From: Nemertoderma westbladi
Lineage: Eukaryota > Animalia > Xenacoelomorpha
DNA: 64,000 nucleotides
Direction: 5' to 3'
Assembly: GCA_032718475.1 (NCBI GenBank)
Contig: JAUCBJ010008528.1
Coordinates: forward strand, 62,001 to 126,000
The position numbers and the translations under genes were made by a program. Positions 41,338 to 54,900 of the stretch are shown piece by piece. The stretch's first letter is position 1. Every line of letters begins with the position of its first letter. The notes under the pieces are model-generated. The model made no database searches. It was not told the origin of the DNA and saw nothing but the letters and a program-made list of their open reading frames with translations.

Positions 41338-41514
41338 ACATTACATACAGCGTTAAAGTTTATGGAATTACTAACCGAAGCAATTAACAAAGCTAACGAG
41401 CGTATTTTTACTGTTTATTTTTTGGTTTCTGTTATCCACTTTGAGTAGGCGCTATACAGAGCACAATACAGTATTTCTTCAACATCAAAGTTATTAAGAG
41501 GTTAATATCATGGA

Positions 41515-41775
41515 CAGGGCCAGGGAGGGGGAAAACTTTCCGAAAATCCCATCTCGGCGAATTAATATCTCGTCACAATGTTATAATATATATATTAAAA
41601 GGAAGAACAGGTTACAGTGGCACGTTATTTTAACCTAAACAATAAACTAAAGTAAATAGAACAGGTTATAGATTTATTTTTCGGAGTAATCAGCTGTTAT
41701 TTTCGTCGATTTAAACCTGAAGAAGGATGAATTTTGTTTGCTCGAAAGTCCGCACCCCCCCCCCCCCCCCCCCAA
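41515..41775 (+). repeat. interspersed repeat, related copy at ~45117-45390
   Basis: Shared ATCTCGGC.AATT, CACAAT, GGA...CAGGTT.CAGTG.CAC.TTATT.TAA, AAACAATA and ATAGAACAGGTTA.AGATT blocks in the same order. Confidence 0.65.
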
Positions 41776-42415
41776 GTCCTATCTGACTTTTGTACAAATT
41801 TTGGCTAACCTTTGTCAAGCACTATATTTTAACATTATTTAACGATTGCTCGTGCTACTTTGAGTATCAAAGTATAAAACGTTTGGCCCTAAATATTAAA
41901 ATCTCTTATTATCAATACACAGTTAATTTCATTACCGGACGCAGTGATACGTTTTATGCAGTTTGGCAGTTTCCTGAACCCATATAGTCTGGTAGATCGT
42001 GTTGACGGGAAAACCGTAGAGTGGATCATTATTATTTTACAGTCAGCTGATCTACTGTAGTCAGCTGATCTGTACTGTAGAGCTATGAAGTGTTTTATCT
42101 GTCCTCTTCAGTTATGATGTGCTACATAAACAATAAAAAAGTAGAATAAAAATTTTATCAACTGAGACCTAGACATTGCATGCAATCACTAATTAGCTGG
42201 TCGATAGAATTCACACCACAGCGTAAGGCATATATTAAGCCGCCAAGCCAAGAAGTAACATAATTAGCAACATATAGAGATACATCCCAAACAACGAAGA
42301 ATTTAATAAAACTAAGAGAGATACACAACAGCAACTAACCACTGGAAAGCCACCCCGCAAATTCGTCCTTTCAGCTGGGTGAGTACAAAACAAAGACTAA
42401 AGACCTGTACAAAAC

Positions 42416-42650
42416 ACATGTGTTAACTTTCGTTTATTGTTTCGCTTCCCAACACACCTCTGTAACCTGCTCCTTTACTAACCTGTTTCTTTAAATGGTA
42501 ATGAGACCTATACAAAACAAAGAGGTAAAGTCGTGTTTGGTTCCAAAGAGCGTTAGGTCCCATTGCCATTTAAAGGAGCAGATCAGTAAAGGAGCAGGTT
42601 ACAGAGGCGTGTTGGCGGAACCAAAACAATAAACGAAAGTTAACATATGT
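42416..42650. mobile_element. hairpin MITE with ~95-bp inverted arms
   Basis: TGTTAACTTTCGTTTATTGTTT...CCTCTGTAACCTGCTCCTTTACT versus AGTAAAGGAGCAGGTTACAGAGG...AAACAATAAACGAAAGTTAACA. Confidence 0.8.
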
Positions 42651-43121
42651 TACAAGATTAGCAGACAGCAGCAGCATATATTATACATATAGAACATCAG
42701 AATAGCAACGAACGGTGTAATATAAATACATCATCATAGTGTCCAGAAAACTTGTATATTGAGAAATCTTTCAAAAACTAATAAAATAAATAAATAGATA
42801 TACTACATAGACATGATAAGGGTCAAATTAATAATGTAGAGGTCATTAAAAACTAATCCTAGATTAAATTAAATTGATAAATAGACATGATAAGGGTCAA
42901 AAAATTAAATTGATGTCAATAACATGGAAAATTGATAAATAATATACTATAAATAAAGAAGTATGAATAAATAAATAGCTATATCTCGGCACTATAAACA
43001 AATAAATATGTAGTTAGAACTGTTAGGAGAACTATAAATTATTAAATAAGTTGGAATATTAGCTAAATGTTAATAGGTCTAAATACTATTAATACATAAC
43101 ATAAATAAATTATTAATATGG

Positions 43122-43893
43122 CTAAGGCATATTAGTATATAAAAGCGCTGAGTCTATACATGTGTTGCGAACATTGCTTTCGACTGCAAATGGCGTAAAC
43201 TGATGCTTTTCTAGAAAGCATGTAAGCTTTACTTCAATATTAGCAGCTTTGGCGGAACAATGGGAGGAAATATCTGACTTGAGGCGACCATGTGATGGTA
43301 TGGTAGCTCCCAGATATATTACCCTGTTGCTGTGTTTAAGCGTAAAGTTAGACAAAATTATATCATCCTTGACATCTTTCTTTGAAGGATTTATCAACTT
43401 ATAACTCTATTTTTTCGCAATTACATTTCTTTTATTTTCTTTAAAATAGGTAAGGGTGTGTATTTTTTAATAAATTTCTGTTAGTGCTCACCAAAGTATT
43501 TATCGTCCACATGTAACAAGCCGTAGTGTAAGGAAACTAAGATTTGGTCTGGGCAACACCGACCCATTAGCCATTGAAAGATTTCATTGAGGTAGATAAT
43601 AAACAAGATCACGGCGGATGGTGCTCCTTGTCTGATCCCTGATAGCGAAATAACAGTATCGGAGAAGCTTTGGCCAGCACGAATTGCAAATGTGCAAGAG
43701 TGTTATGCACGAAGTGCACAAAATATTGTGGCACCAATTCCTAGTTTAATTCGTTTTTTGAGTAGTTGGAAACGTGAAACTTGATCAAATTCCTTTACGA
43801 TGTCGAAGAAGACTACATACATGCATATATGCAAAAAGGCGCAGCAGAAAAAGTTGATCAGCACAGCTTTTCCCTTTTTGAAAAGCTGATTGG
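43122..43893 (-). pseudogene. decayed non-LTR retrotransposon reverse transcriptase fragment
   Basis: Minus-strand remnants in RT order: QSAFQKGKSC (~43890), VFFDI (~43810), GIRQGAP (~43640), LLHVDD (~43515), YLGATI (~43315), with frameshifts and stops. Confidence 0.8.
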
Positions 43894-43948
43894 ATGGAGC
43901 GGGTGAATAAATACCCAGCTAACAAACTAACCTTATTTTATTATCAAG

Positions 43949-44093
43949 GAAACCGGTTTGACTGCTCGTTGTCACAGATTAACATCCCGCAAGGCAACAT
44001 TCGAAGAACTCCAATCCGTTCATTCGGAATCCCACGTCTTGGTATATGGAGCCAACCCCACGCACAAATCCAAACTGGATCCAAACAAAATGG
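43949..44093 (+). CDS. HDAC4: class IIa HDAC exon (ETGLTARCHRLTSRKATFEELQSVHSESHVLVYGANPTHKSKLDPNKM)
   Basis: Not in the ORF track in this frame. Branch-like ACTAAC ~43925, acceptor ttatcAAG, donor G|GTGAGT at 44094. It continues ...ARLQ|ETGL as in HDAC4 and matches RKATLEELQ.VHSE.H.L.YG. Confidence 0.95.
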
Positions 44094-44829
44094 GTGAGTT
44101 GTAGTTAATGTTTGTATTATTTATTGCCTACTGTTGTCCTAATTAATATTGGGACTGGAAATCCTGTTTAGGATCAACTACTGTATGCTCTCTCGGGACA
44201 AATACAATTCCCTGGTTCGTCATTCCACGGGGTGGGTCTCGCAATATAGTAGATTTGGGGTTGGGGCTCATCACACACTCCCATTCCGATGCACATGACC
44301 CACCACTGGTTATGCAGCTCATCTACTGGGCCATGCCCTGTACCCCTGCTGCCAGGTGTAGGTCGGAGTGAACTGCACTCAAATTGGACATGAGAATACT
44401 TTGCACCTGGCCAGCCTTTGGTAGATCACCATCTGCCTGGCCAGGCCATATAACACTGCAGCCAAGTACATGGGTCCTCAATCCAGGACCAAGGGCGTAT
44501 CTATCCCAGAACGAAAGAGGTCCTAGTTCGAAACCAGTTTAGGCCCTTAGTAAGAGGGCCTAAACTTTTGGCACCTTCTTTATGCTGCATGGAGGTGGCA
44601 GGTTTTCTATATCAGTGACCCTGTATAACTGATCTAACTCAGGATCAACTAATTTATTTTCAAGATTATTATTTGCAAATTATCAACATTCTCTAAATTC
44701 TTCTTTGATGTACAATATTTTATTTCATTATCAATATGGAACTATTGTTGTTTTCGAGTTCTTCCAATCGTTCGGATGTTGACAATATTAGAAGTTTTCC
44801 TTTGTCCATCTAGATCTTTTATGTTGCAG

Positions 44830-45043
44830 CTACATTGCGAAGGAGCTCTTTTATTGTTCTGCCTTGCGGTGGTCTGGGGTTGGATACTGACACGGTTTGG
44901 AACGAGCAGCATTCCTCCACTGCTGCGCGGACTGCCGCTGGGTGCGTTACTGAGATTGCGACACGTGTCGCGAGTGGCCACCTCAGGAACGGGTTCGCTA
45001 TAGTCCGTCCACCCGGACACCATGCCGAGAGAAACCAGGCCAT
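44830..45043 (+). CDS. HDAC4: class IIa HDAC exon ([16 protein letters not shown]...[19 protein letters not shown])
   Basis: Acceptor ttttatgttgcAG, donor AT|GTGAGT. Contains LPCGG.G.D.DT.WNE and the catalytic RPPGHHA. The phase 1 start fits the previous exon. Confidence 0.97.
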
Positions 45044-47459
45044 GTGAGTAGACAGACAAGCACTTTATTATACCACACCTCTTCATTTCATATATTTAAC
45101 TAACTCGTTTGGGGAGCAGGAGGGAGGGGGGGGGGGGGGACTTGGCGCAAATTATCTCAAATTAATCAAATTATCTATCTCGGCAAATTTCATACCTCTC
45201 CTCGCACAATAAACACTGTTAATTATAAATTTATGGAAAGGAGCAGGTTTCAGTGTCACATTATTCTAATCAAAACAATATAGGAACGAAGATAGAACAG
45301 GTTACAGATTAATTTTTAATCGTAATTAGTTGATATTTGCTTCCCCTGGAGAGGAATGCATTTTTATTTCGCCATGGAATTCCCCCTATCTGTTGCTAGA
45401 ACTGGTATCTAGATATAGTTGTCAACAGTTTATCGTTGTAGGAATATGGCCAAAAATTAATTGCAAAATACTAGCCACGTCCAACTAGCAGCAAACTTTA
45501 AAATATGAAATACAATCTACCGGTGGAATTAGTAGGAACGCCAAATTCTGACTGACTGACTGACTGACTACTGCTACCACCTAGAGCAAAATGGCTCTAA
45601 CGATATTGATGACATTTTGCATGAACCATGAAAATAGATTTCTATGGGTACTAGTGAAATCACGGTTTCAATATAAACGTCTCAACATTTTTTATTTCAA
45701 AAAATAGCCCCAAAACACGAAAATTTCCATAGACTCAATGATAGAAACACCAGTGCTGGTGTGCTCATGAAAAAATGATCGTGGGGGGACTAGTAATGAA
45801 TGCTATTGAATGGAATAGGCCCAAACTGCAGAGAAGTATTATGACTTGCCAAGTTTAGTAAGGTTGTGTTTACTCAGTCACTCTATCCCAGACAGTGTAA
45901 TGTATTACCCCGACAGCTGATAGCTGCGAATCATATGGGAATATCTGCAAAGTTACTCACTGTACTATGTTAGATGGAAGGCCAGCTGAATGAAGTTTAG
46001 TTAGACAGATTACTTTTTTTGTTTATGGTGACTATCGGGTACTCAGTGTACTGAAATGTACTATATTAATAATATATAATTGTTGTATTTAAAAACCTTT
46101 GAGGAAGTTAATGACTTAATCTTGGCAAACATTAAATACATGATTCAGTCAACCCAGAGTGAATTAGTTTTAATTAGCAGAACGGCTTCAGTGCCATTCT
46201 GCTGAATGAATTTGAGCAATTGTTTGGGTTAATTGGGGAATCTGGTAATTCAGGTAATTAAAATCTGATAACATCTGGATAAAAATCTCAGAGTCACTCA
46301 ACCCTCACAAAGCTCACATACAGTAGATACTTACTGTACATCCTTTGCATAATAAGACTTGACATTGCAAGATTTTTCCATACCCAGTATAATACCAGTA
46401 TAATGCATTTTTAAAACAAAAGGAGATTACCTTCTCAATCAACACAGAGGGAATCTGTCTTATGTTACTACTACTACTACTATGTCTACTGCGCCTTTCA
46501 AAAAGTTGAATGAGTGGGACTAAGGGGAATTGTTAAATCGCGGTTTAAATCGAAACGTCTCAACAACTGAAACATCTTTTATTTACAAAATATGAATGAT
46601 TCGTCATGTCACTTCTTTGACACGATTGTATTGAATTCATGAGAACAGCGCTGTTATTATTAATCTATTGACACCTCGACTCCTCTCCGTCTACTCTATC
46701 AGACAGAACAAAACAATCATTTCGCTAACAGATCTCTCTATCTGCTGTCATCACAACAGCTACATTATTATAATTAATTAGGATTAGATGATTACAACAT
46801 AATAATGATGGTTTGAAGCTGTATATAAATTGCTCGTACGCCGGGCAACGCTCAGACTAATTTATCGTACAGAACAAAAAGCTTCACTTAACTCATTCTG
46901 TATAATCCTTTGAATGGTGGAACAATTATTCCCTCATAAATTTAGCCTTGTGTTGTATATCCTTGTTTGTAATTGGAAAAGTTATTCTCCAACTCTTATC
47001 TCAAGTAACCAATGAAGTGTGCGAAGGCCCATGAAAATTTAATTTGTAAAATTTATAAACTATTGAATGACTTGACTACATATGTAAGTATGGTTTAATT
47101 TCAACAATGATGATCAATATGTTTTGCTTCAGTTTATATGATTGCTATCCTTGCTGACAGAATTATTTGTTATTACTAGAGGCACGCTAATAAGATCCCT
47201 GAGTGTTTTGGATATTGCGCGCATTAAAATTGTAGGAGATAACAATCAAACCCGCGACCTACAAAGCCCATGAATAAACCTACATAGAATGAGTGACAAT
47301 GGCGAGTTGTGGGCGAGATATTTTTTTAATGTTTACAAAATCGCGAACAAATCCATTCTAATCCTGACACGGCAAAGTTCTGTAGTTCATTAATCACGCT
47401 CATATGTACGCAAATTTTTATAAATATTCCTGATTTGATATCTCTTATATTTTATACAG

Positions 47460-47667
47460 GGGGTTTTGCGTCTTTAACTCGGTTGCTATAGCAGCTAAAC
47501 AACTACAAAGCCGCTTAGGGTATTCCCGTGTGTTGATTGTTGATTGGGACGTTCACCATGGCAACGGCACACAACAGGTTTTCTACAACGACCCCAACGT
47601 TCTCTATATCTCCCTCCATCGCTACGATTGGAGTAATTTCTTTCCGGGCACGGGTTCTATCAACGAG
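47460..47667 (+). CDS. HDAC4: class IIa HDAC exon ([15 protein letters not shown]...[13 protein letters not shown]...[19 protein letters not shown])
   Basis: Acceptor tattttatacAG, donor GAG|GTTATA. Contains the Zn-binding [10 protein letters not shown] and FFPG.G motifs, and AT+G completes Met across the intron. I found no further 3' exons in the window. Confidence 0.97.
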
Positions 47668-47852
47668 GTTATACGATACCTATTCTTACTATTGTATATA
47701 CTGTAGGCATATTATCACAATGTTGGTTAATAACTGTAAGTCATCATTCTACCCTCCCATTGCATTAGTCTCTCATAAGAGACTATCGTTGAAAGTTCAA
47801 GATAGGTGTTGCCCGAGAAAATTTCAGAAAAGGTGCTTGATTTTTATATTAA

Positions 47853-48416
47853 CCCTTTGCGTACCAAAGATAAATTACACAAATTTTTCCTTCCAAGGAC
47901 CAAAAAATATATTTGGTCGGACCAAGGTTTATTTTCTTGTCGTATCAGATATTTATTTATAAAGAGAGAATAACCATATTATTACTTATCCTACCCTAAA
48001 AGGCAGGACACTGCCGCCTCTAACCATTTTCGAGAAATTTTTAAATCTTTCATTTGAACCCCATGGGCGGCACAATGCCGCCTTAATTTTTTGAAACAAA
48101 ATTATTGGTAACATTGAAATTAATTTTCATAAATTATGTAATTTAAAATACCCTCAAACCAATAGGAATCAATTCAAGCAATTTAAAATATACTTTTCTA
48201 GACCAGTTTTTCCTGCCCAGCACGAATTTGAACTCCATTTTTTCGTCCCAATAGTTATAAGACGTTTTAAATAAAGACGGCACTCTGCGGCCCTGGGGGT
48301 TAAGTTATAATTATATAAAGGCGGCACACTGTTGCCATTATGAGCATGGTCCTGAATTATTTAGAATGAAAAAGGCGGCTGTGTGCCGCCTTTTTTTAGT
48401 GTTGGTACGCAAAGGG
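47853..48416. mobile_element. non-autonomous piggyBac-type element (564 bp)
   Basis: TTAA target duplication (47849-52, 48417-20) and perfect 15-bp TIR CCCTTTGCGTACCAA/TTGGTACGCAAAGGG. Five internal GGCGGC.....GCCGCC-like palindromes. Confidence 0.9.
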
Positions 48417-48552
48417 TTAAATCTCTGAAAGACCCAATATAGGATCCGCATTAATTATATATAATGTTCTAACATTTTGTTCTAGACGTCATTGAGTAGT
48501 TGCACCTGAGGTCTCATTTACGCCACACTTATCCAGCAATAATACTCGAATT

Positions 48553-49325
48553 TAAATATATAATGTAGATAGGACAATATGATAATGCTCTCCATAGCGA
48601 AAAATATCAACCGGCCCTATTGGGGCTCGAACCCGGTACCTAGGTTTCAAACTTCTGGCTTCTTTTTTTTCTCTTTTTTTTTCTTTCTCCTTCTCCTCTC
48701 TTTTCTTTCCTTATTTTTATATTTTTATATAGGGCCGGTTGATATTTTTCGCTATGGAGAGCATTATCATATTGTCCTATCTACATTATATATTTAATTC
48801 ACCGTCACTCACCCCACAACAATTCATTTATTATTAATACTCGAATTTACTTTAGTGGCAGTTACATAGTAGTGGTAGAGGTAAAGCTCTTATTTGTGTG
48901 CTTCCATGTCTATTAATTAGAATACTTTTAATAATAATTTTATTGTATAAGTATACGATAAGCAAATCCAAGGCCGAGCGCAGTGTATGGTTCCTTACAT
49001 ATTGATAAACAACCGCGACACCTATACTAACAGCAGAACTGTTGAACAGACAAATACCCGTATACTCCTCTGTCAACCTAATAAGTTCTCGTCTAACCAA
49101 TAAGACACAAAGACGTTGTACTTTCCTATGAGTGACTGTAAAAGGCCTATATATGATAGCCCACTCCAAAGTGAATAAATCTTCTACCGCCCTGGTAGCT
49201 CAGTGGTCTTAGGACACACACTCGGCTGATGATAACCGGAAGTTTGAAACCTAGGTACCGAGTTCGAGCCCCAATAGGGGCGGTTGATATTTTTCACTAT
49301 GGAGAGCATTATCATAATGTACTAT
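48553..49325. mobile_element. tRNA-derived SINE cluster: one + copy with Pol III boxes (49189-49325) and two partial copies in inverted orientation (48553-48660 minus, 48728-48796 plus)
   Basis: A box TAGCTCAGTGG (49196) and B box GAGTTCGAGCC (49260). The body GGTTGATATTTTTC.CTATGGAGAGCATTATCATA is shared by all three. Confidence 0.75.
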
Positions 49326-49337
49326 AACATTTAAGAC

Positions 49338-51431
49338 TGTTCTACTGTTAAGTAAAGGGGATCAGGAGCGTGCTATTACTAAAATGTAGGGCTGCTAAAT
49401 ACAAAACCGCTACTTACCGTTGGATGGCGCTAATCTGCCGTCCGCTAATATATTTTACTAATTTTACACAACTCCTGCAAAATCGCTTGTTCCTTTCTCT
49501 ACCGATTGCTCGACAGAGAGCTAACTGTTCGAATCTATGAACCACGCGGGAATAACCAAAACAATAAACCCGAGTCGGCTCCCTAAGCTTACTTAAGACG
49601 AGTGCGAGAGGCTTTGCACTCAGAGTATTCTTACGCCTAATTCTATCACTATTAAAGCACGCTATTGCCTACGTCTTTTCTAATCGCGAATACTGGGGGT
49701 TCCCTAACGTATGTGTGAATGCGAGAATATTTAAAATAATCAAAATGGTACAGTGTTTGTCTCTACGTGGATAGTACCGCTCTGGGTCTAAACTTGCCTG
49801 CAGCTGGCTTTAGGCCAGCAAATTACTAGCGTGTTGTGTGTACCGAATAGTGCGATCTAGCTGATTGCCCGCTAATGCAAATAACCGCTCAGCGTGAATA
49901 GTTTACAGTACTCTAATTATTACTTTAGCTACTCTCCGCTATGCTGCGTACTAATTCTTAATTTTTACTAATCAATTACAGTCACAAATATGTAACAGCG
50001 TACTAATTACTAAGAGTTCCAGAATACGTAATTCTAATTTATTACGCAACAGGTTTCGCTAGTAATAGCCTAAATTGCCGTATTACTTTGACCTAATCAG
50101 TAACTAATTGTTGTAACTAAGAAATAGAAATCAATCAAAGAAAAGGGGGCGCCTACCTAAACATTCACAATCGTAGGCACACTTCAATAACACACCAATC
50201 AGCGTCAGCAATCACAGTTCGCAATTATGCAGTTAACTACTGTATAGCCCACAGTTATGCGACTCACTATTCGTACTTCACACTCCACGTTGTGATACGT
50301 GCAGGCCTCTCCCGGGTACAAATAGGACTCCTAACTAACCTGATTCCTGCCCCCCTAATACTAAATAGAGACGAAACCTGGATCATCAGCCCCCTAATTA
50401 CCGTACCGGCGATTGGTCTGCATACCACAGCGTGAACTACCCGACCGCAACGTTGACCCCCGCCAGCGTTGCTCGCTTTTGAATCCTCCGCTCTCCCTTC
50501 GTCGCTAACCCCCCGATGTGCCCACCGCCCACTGGCACCTTAGCCCTCCATTATGCTAATAGCTACCGTAGCGGCGCATGCAAATCACAAAGTCTGACAG
50601 TCTCAGAAATCCCTTAGGATTATTGCGTAGAAAGGAATCACATAGAACCATTAACAAAAGGTAGAAATCATAGTTCCAGTTGTAATTAGCAGTAATCGGT
50701 GGAGTTAATTGAGAAACACAATCAAGAATAATCGCACTAGCAAAGCATTTTGAGAAATTAATCGAAAATAGCAAATTGCAGAAATACGCTAAAATATCCG
50801 TCAAAAATGAATAGGGACAGCTCAGCAAGTACAAGGGTGTGGACTGTGAGGTATAGAACTAGATAGAGCTCTATCGGCAAACCGCCAATTTATAGGTGAT
50901 CCGGATGGGGTGATGCAATAGGGTGACTCAATCGCTCTCCTATTGGCTCTCCAGTCCGCGCTAGCATTAGACCAAGCTGGAAGCAGTTAGTCCAATAAGG
51001 AGGCCGGATTGTAGCCCTATCGCTGCCCAAACCTCGAATTATTACCATATATGGTAATGGATCATGTCCCTGGCTGCTGAATGGCCAGGACAGCGTCCCT
51101 ATGCTAGCCCTATTGATGCTAATATCAGCAAGCACAAAATCCAGGGTCCGACTAAACTTGCTACCCTGGAACTATCTACATATATCCTAATACAAAATTA
51201 CGTAGGTAGGGCTACATATTATACAAAATGGATGGATTCAAATATATGGGCGTTTTGGTTTCCCTATCTAAATATCACCTCGCTATTATACCTTATCTAA
51301 AATATTATGCTGCACAACGGACTAATATTACGTACAGTATAACGGACTAATATTGCATACAGTATAACGGACTAATATTGCATACTGCATAATGACTAAT
51401 ATATGTGGATACAGCGCCATATACCGTAACA
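49338..51431 (-). repeat. putative 3' LTR (~2.1 kb)
   Basis: On minus, purine-rich GGAGCGG precedes TGTTAC at 51431. The end is ...AACA at 49338 or ...TTAACA at 49346. 25-bp tandem repeats at 51316-51400. The partner LTR is not in the window, so the limits are inferred. Confidence 0.5.
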
Positions 51432-51905
51432 CCGCTCCAAGGGAAATCATATAATGTTTCCCTCCAACTGTAGAAGAGTATAAGGTGATGTATACAAAAC
51501 AAAATAAATTTCTTCCAACTAATCTAAATACTTGATACTATAAATCCTACTATTTACAAAATATTGCTATGGATATTGCATAATGAATTGCATACAAATT
51601 AAATTTACAAATATTATCTCTCTCATTCAAATTAAATTTACAAAATATTGTTTCTCGTTCTTACTACATAATGATTACTACATACAAGATCAAATATATA
51701 AAAAATTTGCTAGGGCAAGTGAAAGGAGTAAGCCAAACCCGCAGGTTTGTCTCCCCAATCACTTCCTTCGCCTCTCTCATAATATAAATTCAAAACAGCT
51801 CAACTAGTGTATATGAGTCTAGTCGAAGATTTCTAAATGCTACAATATACATCAGAGCGACGATGATGTATATATCTAGAGTCTGTCGCCCTGTGCTATA
51901 ATGTA

Positions 51906-54900
51906 TTATCGACCCGCTCCTGGGTTCTTTGGGCTCGCTCCTCTCTTTCGCCCCCTGCCCAGATACACCAGTCGTCCTCCAGTCGACTCCGTTGACGGCG
52001 TCCGTGAGGCGTCACTCCCCGGAACCGGCGACGATGTTCCCTGAGCCCCGACAGATTCCCGGCTCGTGCTTCTTCCTCGGCCTCGTCCCAATTGTCGTGC
52101 TCCTGTGGTCGCTTCCGCCAACTCTTCCTTATGCAGTTGCACTCGCGCCTTCTCCGACGCTCCCTGCACCTTGCGCTGCAACCTCTGTGCTTCTATAATA
52201 GAGTGATAGTGGTCGTCCTTGACTTGACGCTTGTCTTGGACCCCTCCTCCTGGTTCCTTCCGCGAGCCTTGAGCTCCAGCGGTCGTCGCTGTGGTCGCTG
52301 CGATCCTCTGTTCCCGTATCCTCTCAGCGGTCAATGAACCCACTGGCACATGAGTCAACAAGAATTCGTTGCGGTATTGTATAGCCGCCATCCTCCAATC
52401 ACCTCGCGCGCGTACCACTTTTCTAGTCTCCGTAAATACACCCTTCATGATGCGATCGCAAATAGCAACGAAGTTCCAGGTGTACTTATTGTCCATATTC
52501 AACTGTCTGAAGTATTCTCGAACTACGATAACTCCAGTGTTCTGTGGAAGGTCTTGAGCAGTTAGGATGAGTTCCTGATATTGTGGTAGCGATTGTAGAT
52601 ATGGCTCGTACGCAACATGTGATGGGTCTACTGCCCAGAATCCATATCCCGCCTTAAATGGTAACCAACGCATCTGCGCTTGAATATGGTAATCAGCCAC
52701 ACTCTCCCACTTATCTAACATCTCCCGAAGTAGGTTAACGCTATGGTTTTGAAAGGAATCATCTCGCAGCTGACATCTCGCGCTACGATGTCCCTTTACC
52801 CCACAATATCCACATTGAGAAATGAAGACGGTGCACGTGTGAAACGAATGGTCGGTCTCATTACACCAACGACAGACCTTATGCGCCGCCTCTACTACCG
52901 CGTCGCACGACTTTAGATTGTGCCTTGTGCTGCCGCACAATTTGCACCTACGCGCTTGTGGAAACCAGGCCCTCTCGTATATGAGGTCTCCAATCGGTTT
53001 CGCACTTCTTTCCTTCCCAATGTCTAATACGATGTCGTCCTCTCCGGTCAACGGTTGTCGATCCGGAACAAAGTAAACATCCTCGCCCTTGTCCTCTATC
53101 TCCAATATTTCCTCCCGCGTTCGTTTCGGATATGTCTTCTCCACCGGAAGATCTACTCCGAACACCTCTACTAACGTCTCCGGCCAGCCCTCCTTAACAG
53201 GTCTATCAGCCTCCGAGTGGAAGGGAGTACCAAACCCGCGGGTTTGATTCCCGAACCACTTCTCCAAAGCTTCTGGCGTCGGATACTCCATCGACGGTCG
53301 GTCTCCCAAATCTCCGATGTTCTGTCGATATACTCCTTGGAATATCGCTAATCCTCTCCTTACCATCGACGTATTCTCTAACGACTGGTTGAAGAACGGG
53401 GTTAAGAAACGCTTCATCACGTCGGATTGGATTCCCCCTTTCGAGCGAACGTATTGATCTCCTCCGAATACCAATGGATGACGCTTCAAAACTCGCGCAA
53501 CGATATCCGCTAATAAACAAGTCACCGTGTTCGACTCAAGCACCAAGTAATATTGTAGCGACGCACGGGGTGGCGCGCAAATGTTCCAATACACTAACGC
53601 TTGCCGCTTGAAGTGGGATTTGAACTCCGCTCCCGGTGGCGTGTTGTATTCGCCATACGCCTCCTCGTACTTCTTCTGCGTCTTTAACTTAAAGTCCCAA
53701 TTATACAATAAGTGTGCTATGAAGCCCATACCAGTCTTGGCAGAGTTGGGATACTCCCTATAAATTCCAATGTCCTGTGCCCATAGCAACAATAGCTTGG
53801 TGTCGACAAACGGTCTCGGCAATCTATCTTCCAGATCAGTCATGGCGTTGAAGTCGCTCTCCAAATCGCTCTGGACTCCCGATCCCACCTTGACGTAATC
53901 TTGGTTGAGAATAGCCTCTCTAACTTTCTTGGGTAGCATCCTGGCGTCGATACGCTCCGCTCCGTGCATACCTCCTCGCCTGCATACCTCCAAAATCTGC
54001 TCCCTAGGATCCTTCCCTTTCCGATATTGTGTCGTTATGATGGGCTCCGGTCTCTCTCGATCCGCCCTCACACGCATAAACACATGAGTCACACCATCGG
54101 CTGCACGAATTTGAATACACTTGCTGGTCAAACATTCCTGATGGGACCCTCCTTCATTGTCGTAGAACATCACCCTCCAATCCTGCAGTGATTCCTCCGT
54201 TTTCCTCCACTGACGCTGAATCTCGTCTGATGGGGTCCACATGCGCTCGATAGCCTTGTGGTCATCATATCGGGTATAAGAACCCTTCCTCCTCAGCCAC
54301 GTCTGGTCTACCTCCTCGTCGTCTGGGAATGTAGCCACCGCGACCCATACCTTGATGTACTTATCCAACCATCCAAATAATTTGCTCTCCTTCCCCGGAG
54401 CTCCAATCTTATCCAATGTGTCGTAATCTGTGATCTGCATTGGGACATCACGCAAGAACTTCACGCATAAAACTTCCCGTAGACAGTCAACGTTCCAATG
54501 ATCCGCCATTCTTACCATCGGCAAGAATCGTATCGCTTCTCGCGACTCTGGATGATCTACTAATATCGCAGGTTCGGTGCCGTCGGAATAATACACCGGT
54601 CGGGGTTGAGATACGACCTGTGGAACAAATCCGGTCACTCTCCTCGTCTCCTCTTGATGTCTATCGGCGGTCTTATTATACTCCGCTATCCTGTTCTCAA
54701 ATAACTCTTTCGCCTTCACCGCTCGCTCCTCCTGCCGCAACGCGTCTATGTCGTCCTGATGCTCAGGCGTGAGGCTTCTCGCTCGGTGAGGTGAAGTAAA
54801 CGCAGTCCAGGGACTCGAGAGCTCCAAACCCGCGGGTTTGGTACCCGAGTCCCGTGCCGCTTCGCGCCGCGCCTCTAGATCCTTATAGGCTCGGTACAGC

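Noticed and set aside
47537-47962. 141-aa ORF, and the 43894-44097 ORF
   Set aside because: Wrong-frame overlaps of HDAC exons running into intron.
49189-49275. tRNA gene
   Set aside because: A and B boxes are present but there is no convincing cloverleaf, and the downstream body is repeated nearby, so it is a SINE head.
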